A stretch of 64,000 bases of DNA from Fibrobacteria bacterium (lineage in GTDB: Bacteria > Fibrobacterota > Fibrobacteria > UBA11236): contig JAJNBB010000002.1 of assembly GCA_021155885.1 (NCBI GenBank), forward strand, positions 2,929-66,928, read 5' to 3'. This document shows, piece after piece, positions 39,730 through 48,463 of this stretch; positions within the stretch are counted from its first letter, which is position 1, and every line of letters starts with the position of its first letter. The notes under the pieces are model-generated. The model did no database searches, had not been told where the DNA came from, and saw only the letters and a list, made by a program, of their open reading frames with translations. The position numbers and the translations under genes are program-made.

Positions 39730-40538
39730 TTGGTTTTTTTCGCGCGCGCCGTTTTTTCCAGCGAACGGAGGGCGAGGTGATACCCCCCCGCGACGTCAAG
39801 ATTGACGCCGGTGATATAGCGCGCGCCGTCGCCGACGAGGAATTCCACGGCATCGGTCACCTCGGCGACCGTGCCCAGACGCCGCATCGGCACGAAGTCG
39901 GCGGGGTTGTCGGGCAGTTCCACGCTGTTCGAGAGGATGCCCGGCGAAACCATGTTGACGCGAACGCCCGCGGCGCCGAGCGCCTGCGCCAGCGACTTGG
40001 TGAGCACCAGCAGGCCGGTCTTCGAGATCAGATAGGCGGTGTTATGGGTCGACCCTGAAAGACCCTCGACCCCCGCGTAGCCGATGTTGACGATGCTCCC
40101 GCCCTTGGGGATCAAGGTGACCAGCGCCTGGATGAGGCGGAAGGTGCCCGAGAGATTGGTTTGCAGGACGGCCTCGAAGTCGTCGGCGGAGAAATCCAGC
40201 AGGGGGCCGGTTCTGTACACGCCGACGTTGTTGACCAGAATATCCAACCGGCGCGCGCCGATCGTCTTCAGCCCGGCGCGGACGGAGAGCGCCAGGGATT
40301 CCACCTCGGCGGGGTCGCCCAGGTCGCCGCGCACGAGCGCGCCGCGGCCCCCGGCCTTCACGATCGCGCGGAGGACGGCCTCAGCCTCGCGCTTCGACCC
40401 GAGATAATGGACGAAGGTGAAGTAACCGGCGGCCGCCAGGCGCAGGGCGATCTCGCGGCCGAGCCGGCGCGCCGAACCGGTCACCAGGGCCGTCCGGGTC
40501 GGTGCAGAAGTTTTTTTCGAGGCGGAACTTTTAGCCAT
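39726..40538 (-). CDS. SDR oxidoreductase, pteridine reductase (FolM/PTR1)-like
   Basis: LVTGSARRLG, VHY, LVNN, YLISK, VRVN.VSPG; folB neighbour. Confidence 0.8.
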   Translation of the reverse strand: MAKSSASKKTSAPTRTALVTGSARRLGREIALRLAAAGYFTFVHYLGSKREAEAVLRAIVKAGGRGALVRGDLGDPAEVESLALSVRAGLKTIGARRLDILVNNVGVYRTGPLLDFSADDFEAVLQTNLSGTFRLIQALVTLIPKGGSIVNIGYAGVEGLSGSTHNTAYLISKTGLLVLTKSLAQALGAAGVRVNMVSPGILSNSVELPDNPADFVPMRRLGTVAEVTDAVEFLVGDGARYITGVNLDVAGGYHLALRSLEKTARAKKTK

Positions 40539-40567
40539 GTTACCTCTCCTTCTATGCTGCCGTATTC

Positions 40568-40671
40568 GCGGCGGGCAAAGCCTCGAACACTTGGACGGAG
40601 CGCAGCGAGGCAGGCCCCTCGAGGGCCCCGAGCGAGCACCGCCCAAGTGTTCGAGGCGGCACGCGCGCCGC
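40568..40671 (-). other. Long structured intergenic palindrome between folB and the pteridine reductase gene
   Basis: GCCTCGAACACTTGGACGG (40580-40598) pairs with CCGCCCAAGTGTTCGAGGC (40639-40657); inner GGCCC-CTCGA-GGGCC. Confidence 0.75.
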
Positions 40672-40700
40672 ATGCAGGATAATATTCAGAAGATGGCTTC

Positions 40701-41057
40701 TCACGCGCACTCCTGCTCCACCGTGACGATCGCGCCCTGCGCGTTCAGCACGGCGCCGGGCTTGCGGATCACGAACTTGCAGCGGCGCAGCGCCGGATGC
40801 CGCTCCAGGATGCGCGCGCAGCAGCGTTGCGCCAAGGTCTCGATGATCTGGAAGCGCTCGGCGCGGATGTACTCGGTGAGGTCGGAGGCCACCTCCGTAT
40901 AATCCACCGTGTCGGCCAGGTGGTCCGAGGCGGCCACGCGCGTGAAGTCGAACTCCATGTCGACGTCGACGAACAGGTTCTGCTCGATCTTGCGCTCGTG
41001 CGGGTAGATCCCCACGATGCACGAAATCTTCAGTTCGCGGATGCTCAGGATGCCCAC
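40701..41057 (-). CDS. folB: Dihydroneopterin aldolase
   Basis: IVGIYPHERKIEQ.L.VD, SDHLADTVDY, FQIIETLA, RKP; GTG start. Confidence 0.9.
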   Translation of the reverse strand: MGILSIRELKISCIVGIYPHERKIEQNLFVDVDMEFDFTRVAASDHLADTVDYTEVASDLTEYIRAERFQIIETLAQRCCARILERHPALRRCKFVIRKPGAVLNAQGAIVTVEQECA

Positions 41058-41959
41058 AGTTTTTCCCCTTTGATGATCAAATATTGCGTGATGAGCACGC
41101 GCGTGGGATCGTTGAGCGGGCGCTGCGCACCCTCTCCCCCGTTCTTCAGCGCCTCCTCGGCCGGACCCCAAAAATACTCCGCGCCCTCGTGGTTAAGCCG
41201 TACCGCGGGATGCCGTCCGGCCACGCGGCCCAGAAAATTGACCAGCACGAAGTGCCGCTTGCGGAAGAACTCCGGGTGCTCCACCGCCTCCTGGGTCAGC
41301 ACCAGGCGCGCCTCGAGCACCTCGAGCCCGGTTTCCTCGCGCGCCTCGCGGCGAAAGGCGGCCTTCAGCGTCTCGCCGTAGTCGACCTTGCCGCCGGGAA
41401 TACCCCACTTGCCCGACCACTTGCGCGTCCGCACCAGCAGCACGTCCCCGCCTTCGTCGAGCAGCAGGCCTCCCACCGTGACGATGGGGAACAAACGACG
41501 CTCGACGGTGTTGACCTTCCAGATGGCGTTGACCACCTCTTCCACCGAGGTGAAGACGTTCTCGCCGCCCGGCGGCTCTGCGTCGCCCGGGGCCGGGAAG
41601 GAGCCAGCCGCCGGGAAGGCAGGGGAGCTCGCCAGGTAGAAGCAGGGAACCGAGGCCGCGCGCGCGGCCGCCCGGGCCTTGGGCGACGCACCCACCAAGG
41701 CCGTCTCGTCCAGGGCGAGCCCGCGTTCCCCAATCGCGAGGGAGAGCGTTTCCGGAGAGGCCCCCGAAAACCGCTTGCCCTCGAAAAAAGACCGGATTTC
41801 CGCGGGAATCCGGAGAACCTCGACCGCGGAGACGTCTTCCCAGAGAAACAGCCGGTTACGGCGGCCCAGAGCCGGAAGTTCGGGCCCCCACTCCAGCTTG
41901 GTGGAGCCCCCGGGGGTGCCGCCGACGATGAAAAGAGAAGCCGTAAAAATCACGTTCAT
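41045..41959 (-). CDS. Nudix hydrolase with N-terminal degenerate HAD-like region
   Basis: Nudix box GGKVDYGETLKAAFRREAREETGL; overlaps folB. Confidence 0.82.
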   Translation of the reverse strand: MNVIFTASLFIVGGTPGGSTKLEWGPELPALGRRNRLFLWEDVSAVEVLRIPAEIRSFFEGKRFSGASPETLSLAIGERGLALDETALVGASPKARAAARAASVPCFYLASSPAFPAAGSFPAPGDAEPPGGENVFTSVEEVVNAIWKVNTVERRLFPIVTVGGLLLDEGGDVLLVRTRKWSGKWGIPGGKVDYGETLKAAFRREAREETGLEVLEARLVLTQEAVEHPEFFRKRHFVLVNFLGRVAGRHPAVRLNHEGAEYFWGPAEEALKNGGEGAQRPLNDPTRVLITQYLIIKGEKLWAS

Positions 41960-41996
41960 GATGGGGCTAATTATAGGTACTTAGTAGATTACGCCC

Positions 41997-43229
41997 GTGA
42001 ATTCCGCACCGCGCACCGGGCTCCAAACCGAAGGCAAATCCGCCCGTTCCCGGGTCCTGGGAACGGTCCTGGGGATTTTGGGGACGGGATTCGGAAGCGC
42101 CTTCGCCCTCGAGCAGACCTCCGGCGTCAACCTGACCGCCAGCGAAGGCTTCGGCGCGCGCCAGCAGGGCATGGCCGTGCAGCGCGCGGGCTTCGCGCAG
42201 GGCGCCGACGCGGTCGTCAACGCCCCCGCCTCAATGAACGACGTCAACGACTTCACGTTCTCCACCGGACACGCCGAACAGTTCGGGATGGCGCGTTTCG
42301 ACAACTTCGCCCTGCTCATCCCCTGGCACGCGCGGAGCACCTTGGGCCTCGCGGTCGCGCGGTACTCCGTCACCGGCATCGAGCAGTACGGCTCGGATTT
42401 CGATCCGGCCACCGAATCCGATCCCGACGGCCTCTTCGACGCCGCCGACTGGATGGTCTCCGGGGCCTTCGCCCGCCGCTTCGGGGCATTCGACGTCGGC
42501 GGCGCGGTGCATTTGCTGCGCCGGCAACTGGACCAAAGCGGGCTCGGCATGCGCGGCGACCTGATGGGCCAGTATACCTACGACCGCCGCTACCGCGCCG
42601 GCGCCTTTATCCGCGGGGCGCTGCCTTCCACCGCCGCGTGGGAGGAAGGCCTCACCGAGTATGAGGCGCCCGAAGCGTCGCTGTTCGTCTCGGGCCTCTG
42701 GCCCCTCCCCTACTTTTACGGGTCGCTGCAGGCCGGGCTCGAAACCCCCGGCATCTTTCAATACGGAGCCCGCTCCAGCTCGCGGCTCGAGGGCGAACGC
42801 GGCATCACCGATCCCGCGTCGGTGATCCGAACCTCGCGGGTCGGCGCGGAATTCAACTTCGACTTCGGCCTGAGTCTGCGCGCCGGGTTCGACGAGCTCG
42901 CCCCCTCCGCCTGGGGTTCTTCGGCGCGCCTGGGCATGGGCTACCACTGGCGGAACATCCTGGGCATCGACTACGCTTTCTCGGCCCACCCCTACCTCGA
43001 CCAAAGTCATCGCATCTCCCTGCGCTTCACCCCCTCGTTCCCCAAGTTCGAGGGCCGCAATTTCCGGCCGCGCGAGCCGCAACGCAATCGGGACCGCATT
43101 CCCCGGCCCGATTATCGCCCCACCTATCCCTCGCCCTATACCCCGGGCAAGCCCTTGCCCGATCCGGCCCCCGAGGAACTGGAAGAGGAAGAGCTGGAAG
43201 AAGGGGAGATTCAAGAGATCGTGGAGTAG
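41997..43229 (+). CDS. PorV/UPF0164-like outer-membrane beta-barrel protein
   Basis: GARQQGM..A...GADAVVNAPA, alternating beta-strands, IDYAF..H..L..SHRISL; Pro/Glu-rich tail. Confidence 0.6.
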   Translation: MNSAPRTGLQTEGKSARSRVLGTVLGILGTGFGSAFALEQTSGVNLTASEGFGARQQGMAVQRAGFAQGADAVVNAPASMNDVNDFTFSTGHAEQFGMARFDNFALLIPWHARSTLGLAVARYSVTGIEQYGSDFDPATESDPDGLFDAADWMVSGAFARRFGAFDVGGAVHLLRRQLDQSGLGMRGDLMGQYTYDRRYRAGAFIRGALPSTAAWEEGLTEYEAPEASLFVSGLWPLPYFYGSLQAGLETPGIFQYGARSSSRLEGERGITDPASVIRTSRVGAEFNFDFGLSLRAGFDELAPSAWGSSARLGMGYHWRNILGIDYAFSAHPYLDQSHRISLRFTPSFPKFEGRNFRPREPQRNRDRIPRPDYRPTYPSPYTPGKPLPDPAPEELEEEELEEGEIQEIVE

Positions 43230-43234
43230 GCAGG

Positions 43235-43345
43235 GACAGTTGAGAGTTGACGGTTGACAGGGAAGGTAGTCCGTAGGCAAAACTACCGGCCTTGCGGGTC
43301 TATTGACCCGTCCTGTCAACTGTCCACTGTCAACCGTCAACTATC
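43235..43345. repeat. Heptamer-unit palindrome (GACRGTT type) enclosing two small hairpins
   Basis: GACAGTT GAGAGTT GACGGTT GACAGG vs CCTGTC AACTGTC CACTGTC AACCGTC AACTATC. Confidence 0.85.
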
Positions 43346-43354
43346 TTTCCTCCC

Positions 43355-44332
43355 GTGAAAATGTCGCATGCGGACTTTCGTCCGAAGAGAAGATCCGGCG
43401 TGGTGCCTTCGGGCAAGCCTCGCCGCAAAATCCCGCTGCTGCGGATTCTTCTTTTACTCCTCCTCGCCTTTTTCGTGTACCTGAAGTTCGACTCCCTGTG
43501 GACGGGAATCCGCGCCCTGAACCCGGTAGCGTTGTGGGACCGCGCCTTCGGCGGAGACCCCGTCGCGCCGGACGCGCGCGCGCATCCGGTCTGGTCGGCC
43601 GACTCCTCGCGATTCTCCCTCGAGTGCCCGGGCGGCCTGCGCGGCTGCTGCGACACCGCCCCCCGTTCCGGCGCGGGCGTGTGCCGCGAGGCGGCCGCCC
43701 TGCTGGCCAAGGCGCGCGCGCGGGGCCTTCTGCCGCCCGCGTCTTCCGCGACGCCCGAGTCGCCCCTGCGCCTCCACGCCCGCGCCGGGGTTTCACGCGC
43801 CGCCCAGGGCTTCTTCGAGCTCACGGCCTTGCAAGGACGCACCTCGGGAAAAACCGGCGGCGCCTTCGCCCTGCGCAAGAATTCCGCCGGGATCTGGTGC
43901 GACGCGCGCCACCTCTGCCTCTCCCGGTCCGCCCCGCGTTCCCCCCTGGCCCTGGGACGGCTTCTGCGCGGCCCCGACTCCTTGGGCGCGGCCCGCTGGG
44001 TCTCGGCTTCCTCCGCCGTGCATCCCGTGCTTTCAGGACGCATCGCCGCCATCGATTCGGTCCCCGGCGGTGCGCGCGTGCGCCTTTACCACGGGGGCGA
44101 ACTCTACACCTCCTATGAACCCCTGCGCTTCGTCCCCGCGGGCCTCCGGCCCGGGGCCATGGTGACACCGGGCAGCGTGCTGGGCGAGGCCCCCTGGCTG
44201 GCGGCGGGCTATACGGTGTATTTGCGCGTGCGCCGCGCGGGGCTCAACCTCGATCCGGCCGAGTTCTTCTCGATCCAGCCCGTGGCCGCGGCGGAAGAAG
44301 CCGACACCACCGCCATCCCGGATTCCCCTTGA
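43355..44332 (+). CDS. Membrane-anchored protein with degenerate M23 peptidase-like C-terminus
   Basis: N-terminal TM; VHPVLSGRI..VRLYH...TSY..L..V.PG.VLG...LDP pattern lacking HxxxD/HxH. Confidence 0.55.
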   Translation: MKMSHADFRPKRRSGVVPSGKPRRKIPLLRILLLLLLAFFVYLKFDSLWTGIRALNPVALWDRAFGGDPVAPDARAHPVWSADSSRFSLECPGGLRGCCDTAPRSGAGVCREAAALLAKARARGLLPPASSATPESPLRLHARAGVSRAAQGFFELTALQGRTSGKTGGAFALRKNSAGIWCDARHLCLSRSAPRSPLALGRLLRGPDSLGAARWVSASSAVHPVLSGRIAAIDSVPGGARVRLYHGGELYTSYEPLRFVPAGLRPGAMVTPGSVLGEAPWLAAGYTVYLRVRRAGLNLDPAEFFSIQPVAAAEEADTTAIPDSP

Positions 44333-44679
44333 TGACTCTGTCCGCGCTGGATTGGAAGTCGGTGTACGCCGCCATGCACCGCGCCGGAGACGCGGCCTTT
44401 CCTCCCGCCGCCTTGTATTATGTGCTGCAAACCGTCCGCAAACGCGCGGCGGCTCCGGAGGCCGAGGTTCCCTTGACGCCCCAGGATATTATCACCACCT
44501 TTCGGGCCGGCGCGCGCGCCGATTTCGGCTCGCTCTCCCGCGAAGTGCTCGAAGACTGGAACCTCCGCGCGCCCGCGGATCTCGGCGAGGCCGTCCTGCT
44601 TCTGGGGCGCTACCGGTGCCTGGCGCTGGAACCCTCGGACACGCGGGAAGCCTTCGCAGCGGATGAACGCCCATTTTAG
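44332..44679 (+). CDS. Minf_1886-like conserved protein
   Basis: YYVLQTV..A.ADFG.L...VL..W.....DLGE.V..L pattern; TGATG coupling. Confidence 0.55.
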   Translation: MTLSALDWKSVYAAMHRAGDAAFPPAALYYVLQTVRKRAAAPEAEVPLTPQDIITTFRAGARADFGSLSREVLEDWNLRAPADLGEAVLLLGRYRCLALEPSDTREAFAADERPF

Positions 44680-44692
44680 AGGAAGCCGTGAC

Positions 44693-45433
44693 ATGAAAAG
44701 AATTTTCGCGGCCCCCCTGCTTTGCGGAGGAATGCTTCTTTCGGGAATGCTCGTCTCCGGCTGCAACCAGACCGTCTACCCCGATCGGGAGCCCACCCTC
44801 CTCGAGAACGTGGCGGCGGATTCCCTCGTGTTCTGGCCCCCGTCGTTGAAATACGCGCGCCAGGGCGACACGGTTTCCTTCCTCGTCATCGGCCTTCAGC
44901 GCGGCTACGTGTGTTCGCAAATAGAGCTGCTGGGCTGGACCTGGAACGGCGGTGATTCCGCCAGCAACCGTTACCGCCTGAGCTCCGTGATCCGGCTTCC
45001 CGAAAACCCGACCTGCGCGGTGGACACCAAGGGGCTGGACTCCCTGTTCAAGCGCACCTTTTCCACCCCGCCGGGCCAAAAGTTGTATTTGCAAACTTCC
45101 GCGGGCGTCTCGGCCGACTCCCTGGTTTACGTCGCGGGCGACGGGTACACCCATGTCTTCCAGCACCTCGTGTCCGGACCCGACAGCGCGGTTTTCGGGG
45201 GCAGGTTCCTCTTCCACGACTCGGGGTTGACCCGCACGCGCCGCTTCGTGACCGCCGACTCGATGGCCTCGTGCGAAACGTTCCAGTCGGCCGCCTTCAA
45301 GCGCCAGGGGGACACGCTCACCGTGCGCGTGAAGCGCCTCGTCGCCGTTCCCGGCTCCGCCGCTTTCCCGCCCTGCGCGAGCCCGCACGCCGACACCGTG
45401 GAGGTCGTCTTCGACCGTTACCGGTACCCCTGA
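44693..45433 (+). CDS. Hypothetical lipoprotein
   Basis: MKR start, lipobox VSGC, two Cys-paired beta-rich domains. Confidence 0.65.
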   Translation: MKRIFAAPLLCGGMLLSGMLVSGCNQTVYPDREPTLLENVAADSLVFWPPSLKYARQGDTVSFLVIGLQRGYVCSQIELLGWTWNGGDSASNRYRLSSVIRLPENPTCAVDTKGLDSLFKRTFSTPPGQKLYLQTSAGVSADSLVYVAGDGYTHVFQHLVSGPDSAVFGGRFLFHDSGLTRTRRFVTADSMASCETFQSAAFKRQGDTLTVRVKRLVAVPGSAAFPPCASPHADTVEVVFDRYRYP

Positions 45434-45437
45434 CCAA

Positions 45438-46646
45438 ATGCTGTATCAAGCGGACTGGCTGCTGAATCCGGGAAGCCCGCCCGTGCGCCAGGGCTGGCTG
45501 CGCGTCGAAGGCGGCCGCATCGTCGAAACCGGGTCCGGGAATTTGCCCGAGGGCCCGTCGAAGCGTTTCGCGGGCTGCGCCCTGCTGCCGGGGCTGGTCA
45601 ACGCGCATTGTCATCTGGAGCTGACCACGCTGGAAAACGCGCTGGAGCCCGGAAAAACCTTTCCCGACTGGGTGCGCGATTTGCAGGGCCTCACGGCGGA
45701 CTACAAGCTTCCCGATTACCGGGCCTCGGCGCGGGCCGGGATCGAGCGCCTGCTGCGCGGGGGCTGCACCACCGTGCTCGACGTGGGCAACAGCGGGGAG
45801 GCGCTCAAGGCGCTGGCCGGAGGCCCCCTGCGCGCTTTCGCCTGCGTCGAGGCCCTCGGACTGGACCCGGCCCACGCGGAATCCCGCTTCGGGAACGCGC
45901 TTTCCCTCGCGCGTGCTACGGAGGCAACGGATCGCTTCAGGCCCGGCATCGCGCCGCACGCTCCCTACTCGTGCTCCGTCGAACTTTTGCGTTCCGTGAT
46001 CGGGTATCAACAATCACGGGGCTTGCCGGTCACGATCCATGCCGCCGAAAGCCGCGAGGAGGCGGCGCTGTTCGCCTCGGCCTCGGGACCGATGCAGGCC
46101 TTCTGCAAGCGCATCTACCCCCGAGCGCCCGAACACCGCGGGACCACGCCGATCCGATGGCTCGAGTCCGAAGGCCTGTTGCCCGACGGCGCGCTCGTCA
46201 TCCACGGCAACACGCTGGAGGACCGGGACATGGAAATTCTCGCGCGCCGGGAGGCCACGGTAGTGCACTGCCCTTCGAGCCACGCCTTCTTCGGCCACCC
46301 GCGTTTTCCGTACGACGCGCTGCGCGCCCACGGGGTCCCCGTGTGCCTCGGGACCGACAGCCTCGCCTCGGCGGACTCCTTGTCGATGCTGGAGCAGATG
46401 CGGCTGTTCTCGAAGAATCATCCGGAGGTGGCGGCGGAGGAAATCCTGCGCATGGCCACCGAGGCCGGGGCGCGGGCGCTGGGCTTGGGCGATGTCGCAG
46501 GACGGCTCGCGGCGGGCCTTCAGGCGGATTTCATCCTCGCGCGACCGGACGGTTCCGGAAGGCACGCGATGGATGATCCCGCCGCCGCCGTGCTCGCTTC
46601 GGGCACGTTCATCGAGCAGGTCCTGATCGCGGGCGTCCTCGCCTGA
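45438..46646 (+). CDS. Amidohydrolase (aminofutalosine/SAH deaminase-like)
   Basis: PGLVNAHCHLE, PHAPYS, IHAAES, HCPSS, LGTDSLAS. Confidence 0.85.
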   Translation: MLYQADWLLNPGSPPVRQGWLRVEGGRIVETGSGNLPEGPSKRFAGCALLPGLVNAHCHLELTTLENALEPGKTFPDWVRDLQGLTADYKLPDYRASARAGIERLLRGGCTTVLDVGNSGEALKALAGGPLRAFACVEALGLDPAHAESRFGNALSLARATEATDRFRPGIAPHAPYSCSVELLRSVIGYQQSRGLPVTIHAAESREEAALFASASGPMQAFCKRIYPRAPEHRGTTPIRWLESEGLLPDGALVIHGNTLEDRDMEILARREATVVHCPSSHAFFGHPRFPYDALRAHGVPVCLGTDSLASADSLSMLEQMRLFSKNHPEVAAEEILRMATEAGARALGLGDVAGRLAAGLQADFILARPDGSGRHAMDDPAAAVLASGTFIEQVLIAGVLA

Positions 46647-46650
46647 GCGT

Positions 46651-46860
46651 TCAGGTGCGGCAGGTGCGGATGCCGAAAATCCGGTAGATCGGGCAAAACC
46701 GCACCAGGCTGGTCAGCACCAGCACCGCGGCCGCGACCAGCAGGACGATCGCGACCGTGCCCGTGGACTGCGCCGCGAAGTACAGCAGGGCGGCCGCCAG
46801 CACCAGGCGCACGATGCGATCCACCGTGCCCATGTTTTTGAAACCGATTTGTGAACTCAT
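46651..46860 (-). CDS. DUF2892 (YgaP-like) membrane protein
   Basis: KNMGTVDRIVR..two TM helices..FCPIY..FGI.TC. Confidence 0.9.
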   Translation of the reverse strand: MSSQIGFKNMGTVDRIVRLVLAAALLYFAAQSTGTVAIVLLVAAAVLVLTSLVRFCPIYRIFGIRTCRT

Positions 46861-46916
46861 GTACAACCTCCGGATGAGTAAGATGCCTCTCAAATCCCGC
46901 CTTGGCAGGAAGATTT

Positions 46917-47234
46917 TCACGGATCGAGCATTCGCGACAGGCCGGCCCAGCCCCCGCCATTGACCACTTCGGCGAAGCCGTTTTCCTCCAGCGCCCTTTT
47001 GGCGGAGGCGCTGCGCATGCCGCTCGCGCAGCAGGTGATGACGGGTTTGTCCTTGCGCAGCTTGCCGAGATGGCGTTCGAGATGCGGCAGGGGCAGGTTC
47101 ATCGACCCGTTTATGTGCCCTCCTCGGTATTCGTCGGGAGAGCGCACGTCCACGATCTGGGCGCCGCGCCGGCGGAGTTCCGCGAAATCCACGGAAGGCC
47201 CGGAACCGGCGAGCTTCTTGAGAAAATCGAACAT
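46917..47234 (-). CDS. Rhodanese-like sulfurtransferase
   Basis: IVDVRSPDEY.GGHI.GS.N.PL, CCASGMRS, NGGGW. Confidence 0.92.
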   Translation of the reverse strand: MFDFLKKLAGSGPSVDFAELRRRGAQIVDVRSPDEYRGGHINGSMNLPLPHLERHLGKLRKDKPVITCCASGMRSASAKRALEENGFAEVVNGGGWAGLSRMLDP

Positions 47235-47243
47235 GAATTCCTT

Positions 47244-47726
47244 TCAGGCGGCGCGGGAAACCGGGTCCGCCGGTGCGGCGGCAGAAACCGTCGCGTTGGT
47301 GAAGATCGTCCGGCCATTGTAGACGACCGACCACGTCACGGGCAAAATGCGCTTGAGCATGTGGCTGACGCCGCAGTATTGCTCCTGGGAGCGGGTGACG
47401 GCCTCCAGTGCCGCCTCCCGGTCGGCCTCGGAACCCGTGAAGTCGTACTCCACATGGACGGCCTCGTAGACGATGGGCGGACGCGCGGAAATTTCGCCGG
47501 TTACCTTCAGGCTGAAGGTGTCGGCCGGCTTCCCCGCCTTGCGCAGCAGCGCCGCGACGTCCATGCCGGTGCATCCCGCCAGCGCGGCGAGCATCAGGGG
47601 TTTGGGTATCGGCCCGCGATCGTCGCCGCCCGCGCGCTCGGGGGCGTCCATCACCACCGTGTGACCGCTGACCGCGGCATGAAACTCCATGCCGCCGATC
47701 CATTGCGCTTCGATTTCGTGTCGCAT
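47244..47726 (-). CDS. OsmC-family protein
   Basis: GG.D.GP.PK.LML.ALAGCTGMDV, SQEQYCGVS; AGGAGG RBS. Confidence 0.9.
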   Translation of the reverse strand: MRHEIEAQWIGGMEFHAAVSGHTVVMDAPERAGGDDRGPIPKPLMLAALAGCTGMDVAALLRKAGKPADTFSLKVTGEISARPPIVYEAVHVEYDFTGSEADREAALEAVTRSQEQYCGVSHMLKRILPVTWSVVYNGRTIFTNATVSAAAPADPVSRAA

Positions 47727-47742
47727 CGTACCTCCTGAAAAG

Positions 47743-47785
47743 AAGGTACCCACGCGCACGGAGCCGGTCTGTTACTTAGGTTACC
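47743..47785 (-). promoter_or_regulatory. Candidate class II Crp/Fnr-activated promoter of the osmC operon
   Basis: -10 TACCTT (47743-47748) and GTTAC-N4-GTTAC (47771-47784) centred at about -41.5. Confidence 0.55.
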
Positions 47786-48425
47786 GTTCTTCGGGAAGCA
47801 GGCCGGCCAGCAATTTCACCTGGTTGCGAAACAGCACGACCTTGCCGTCGCCTTCCAGTTTCTTCAGCAGTCGCGAGACCACCACGCGGGAGGTGGCCAG
47901 TTCCTCCGCGATTTTTTCATGCGATAGATTGACGAGTGTTCCGCCGGCGGCCCGGGCCTTTTCCTTGAGGTAGGCGACCAGTCTCTGGTCGAGGTTTTGA
48001 AAGGCGATCTGGTCGATCGTGCGCAGGAGCTCGTTGAAGCGTTCCCGGACCGTGCGCATCACGAAGGCCTTCCAGGCGGGAAAACGAACCAGCCAGTCCC
48101 CCATCGCCTCCACCGGCACCAGCAGCACCTCCGCGTCCTCTTCGGCCACGGCCTGGATCTCGCTCGCCTGGCGGTCCATGCAACAGGTAAAGGTCATCGC
48201 GCAGCTTTCCTCCGGCCCCAGATGGTACAGAAAAAGCGCGCGTCCCGCCTCGTCCACGCGCGATACCTTGAGAAGTCCCGACAGCACGATGGGCATGGCC
48301 GTCACCATGGTTCCCGGTTCCAGCAGCGACTCTCCCGCCGCGAGGTGCCGTGTTCGCGCCTTGGCGGCGATTTCGGCGGACAGATCGGGGCCGAGGACGT
48401 CCTGAAAATGCGCGGGAAGAATCAT
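47781..48425 (-). CDS. Crp/Fnr-family regulator
   Basis: cNMP-like domain with ESCAMTFTCC; HTH SHEKIAEELATSRVVVSRLLK. Confidence 0.92.
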   Translation of the reverse strand: MILPAHFQDVLGPDLSAEIAAKARTRHLAAGESLLEPGTMVTAMPIVLSGLLKVSRVDEAGRALFLYHLGPEESCAMTFTCCMDRQASEIQAVAEEDAEVLLVPVEAMGDWLVRFPAWKAFVMRTVRERFNELLRTIDQIAFQNLDQRLVAYLKEKARAAGGTLVNLSHEKIAEELATSRVVVSRLLKKLEGDGKVVLFRNQVKLLAGLLPEER

Positions 48426-48463
48426 GGCCCAAATTTAGGCTTCGAAAGGCATGCGGGGAGCCG

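Noticed and set aside
34836..46646. Futalosine menaquinone operon (UbiD + amidohydrolase)
   Set aside because: The genes are about 9 kb apart in different operons and no mqnA-E genes are present; specificity cannot be assigned.
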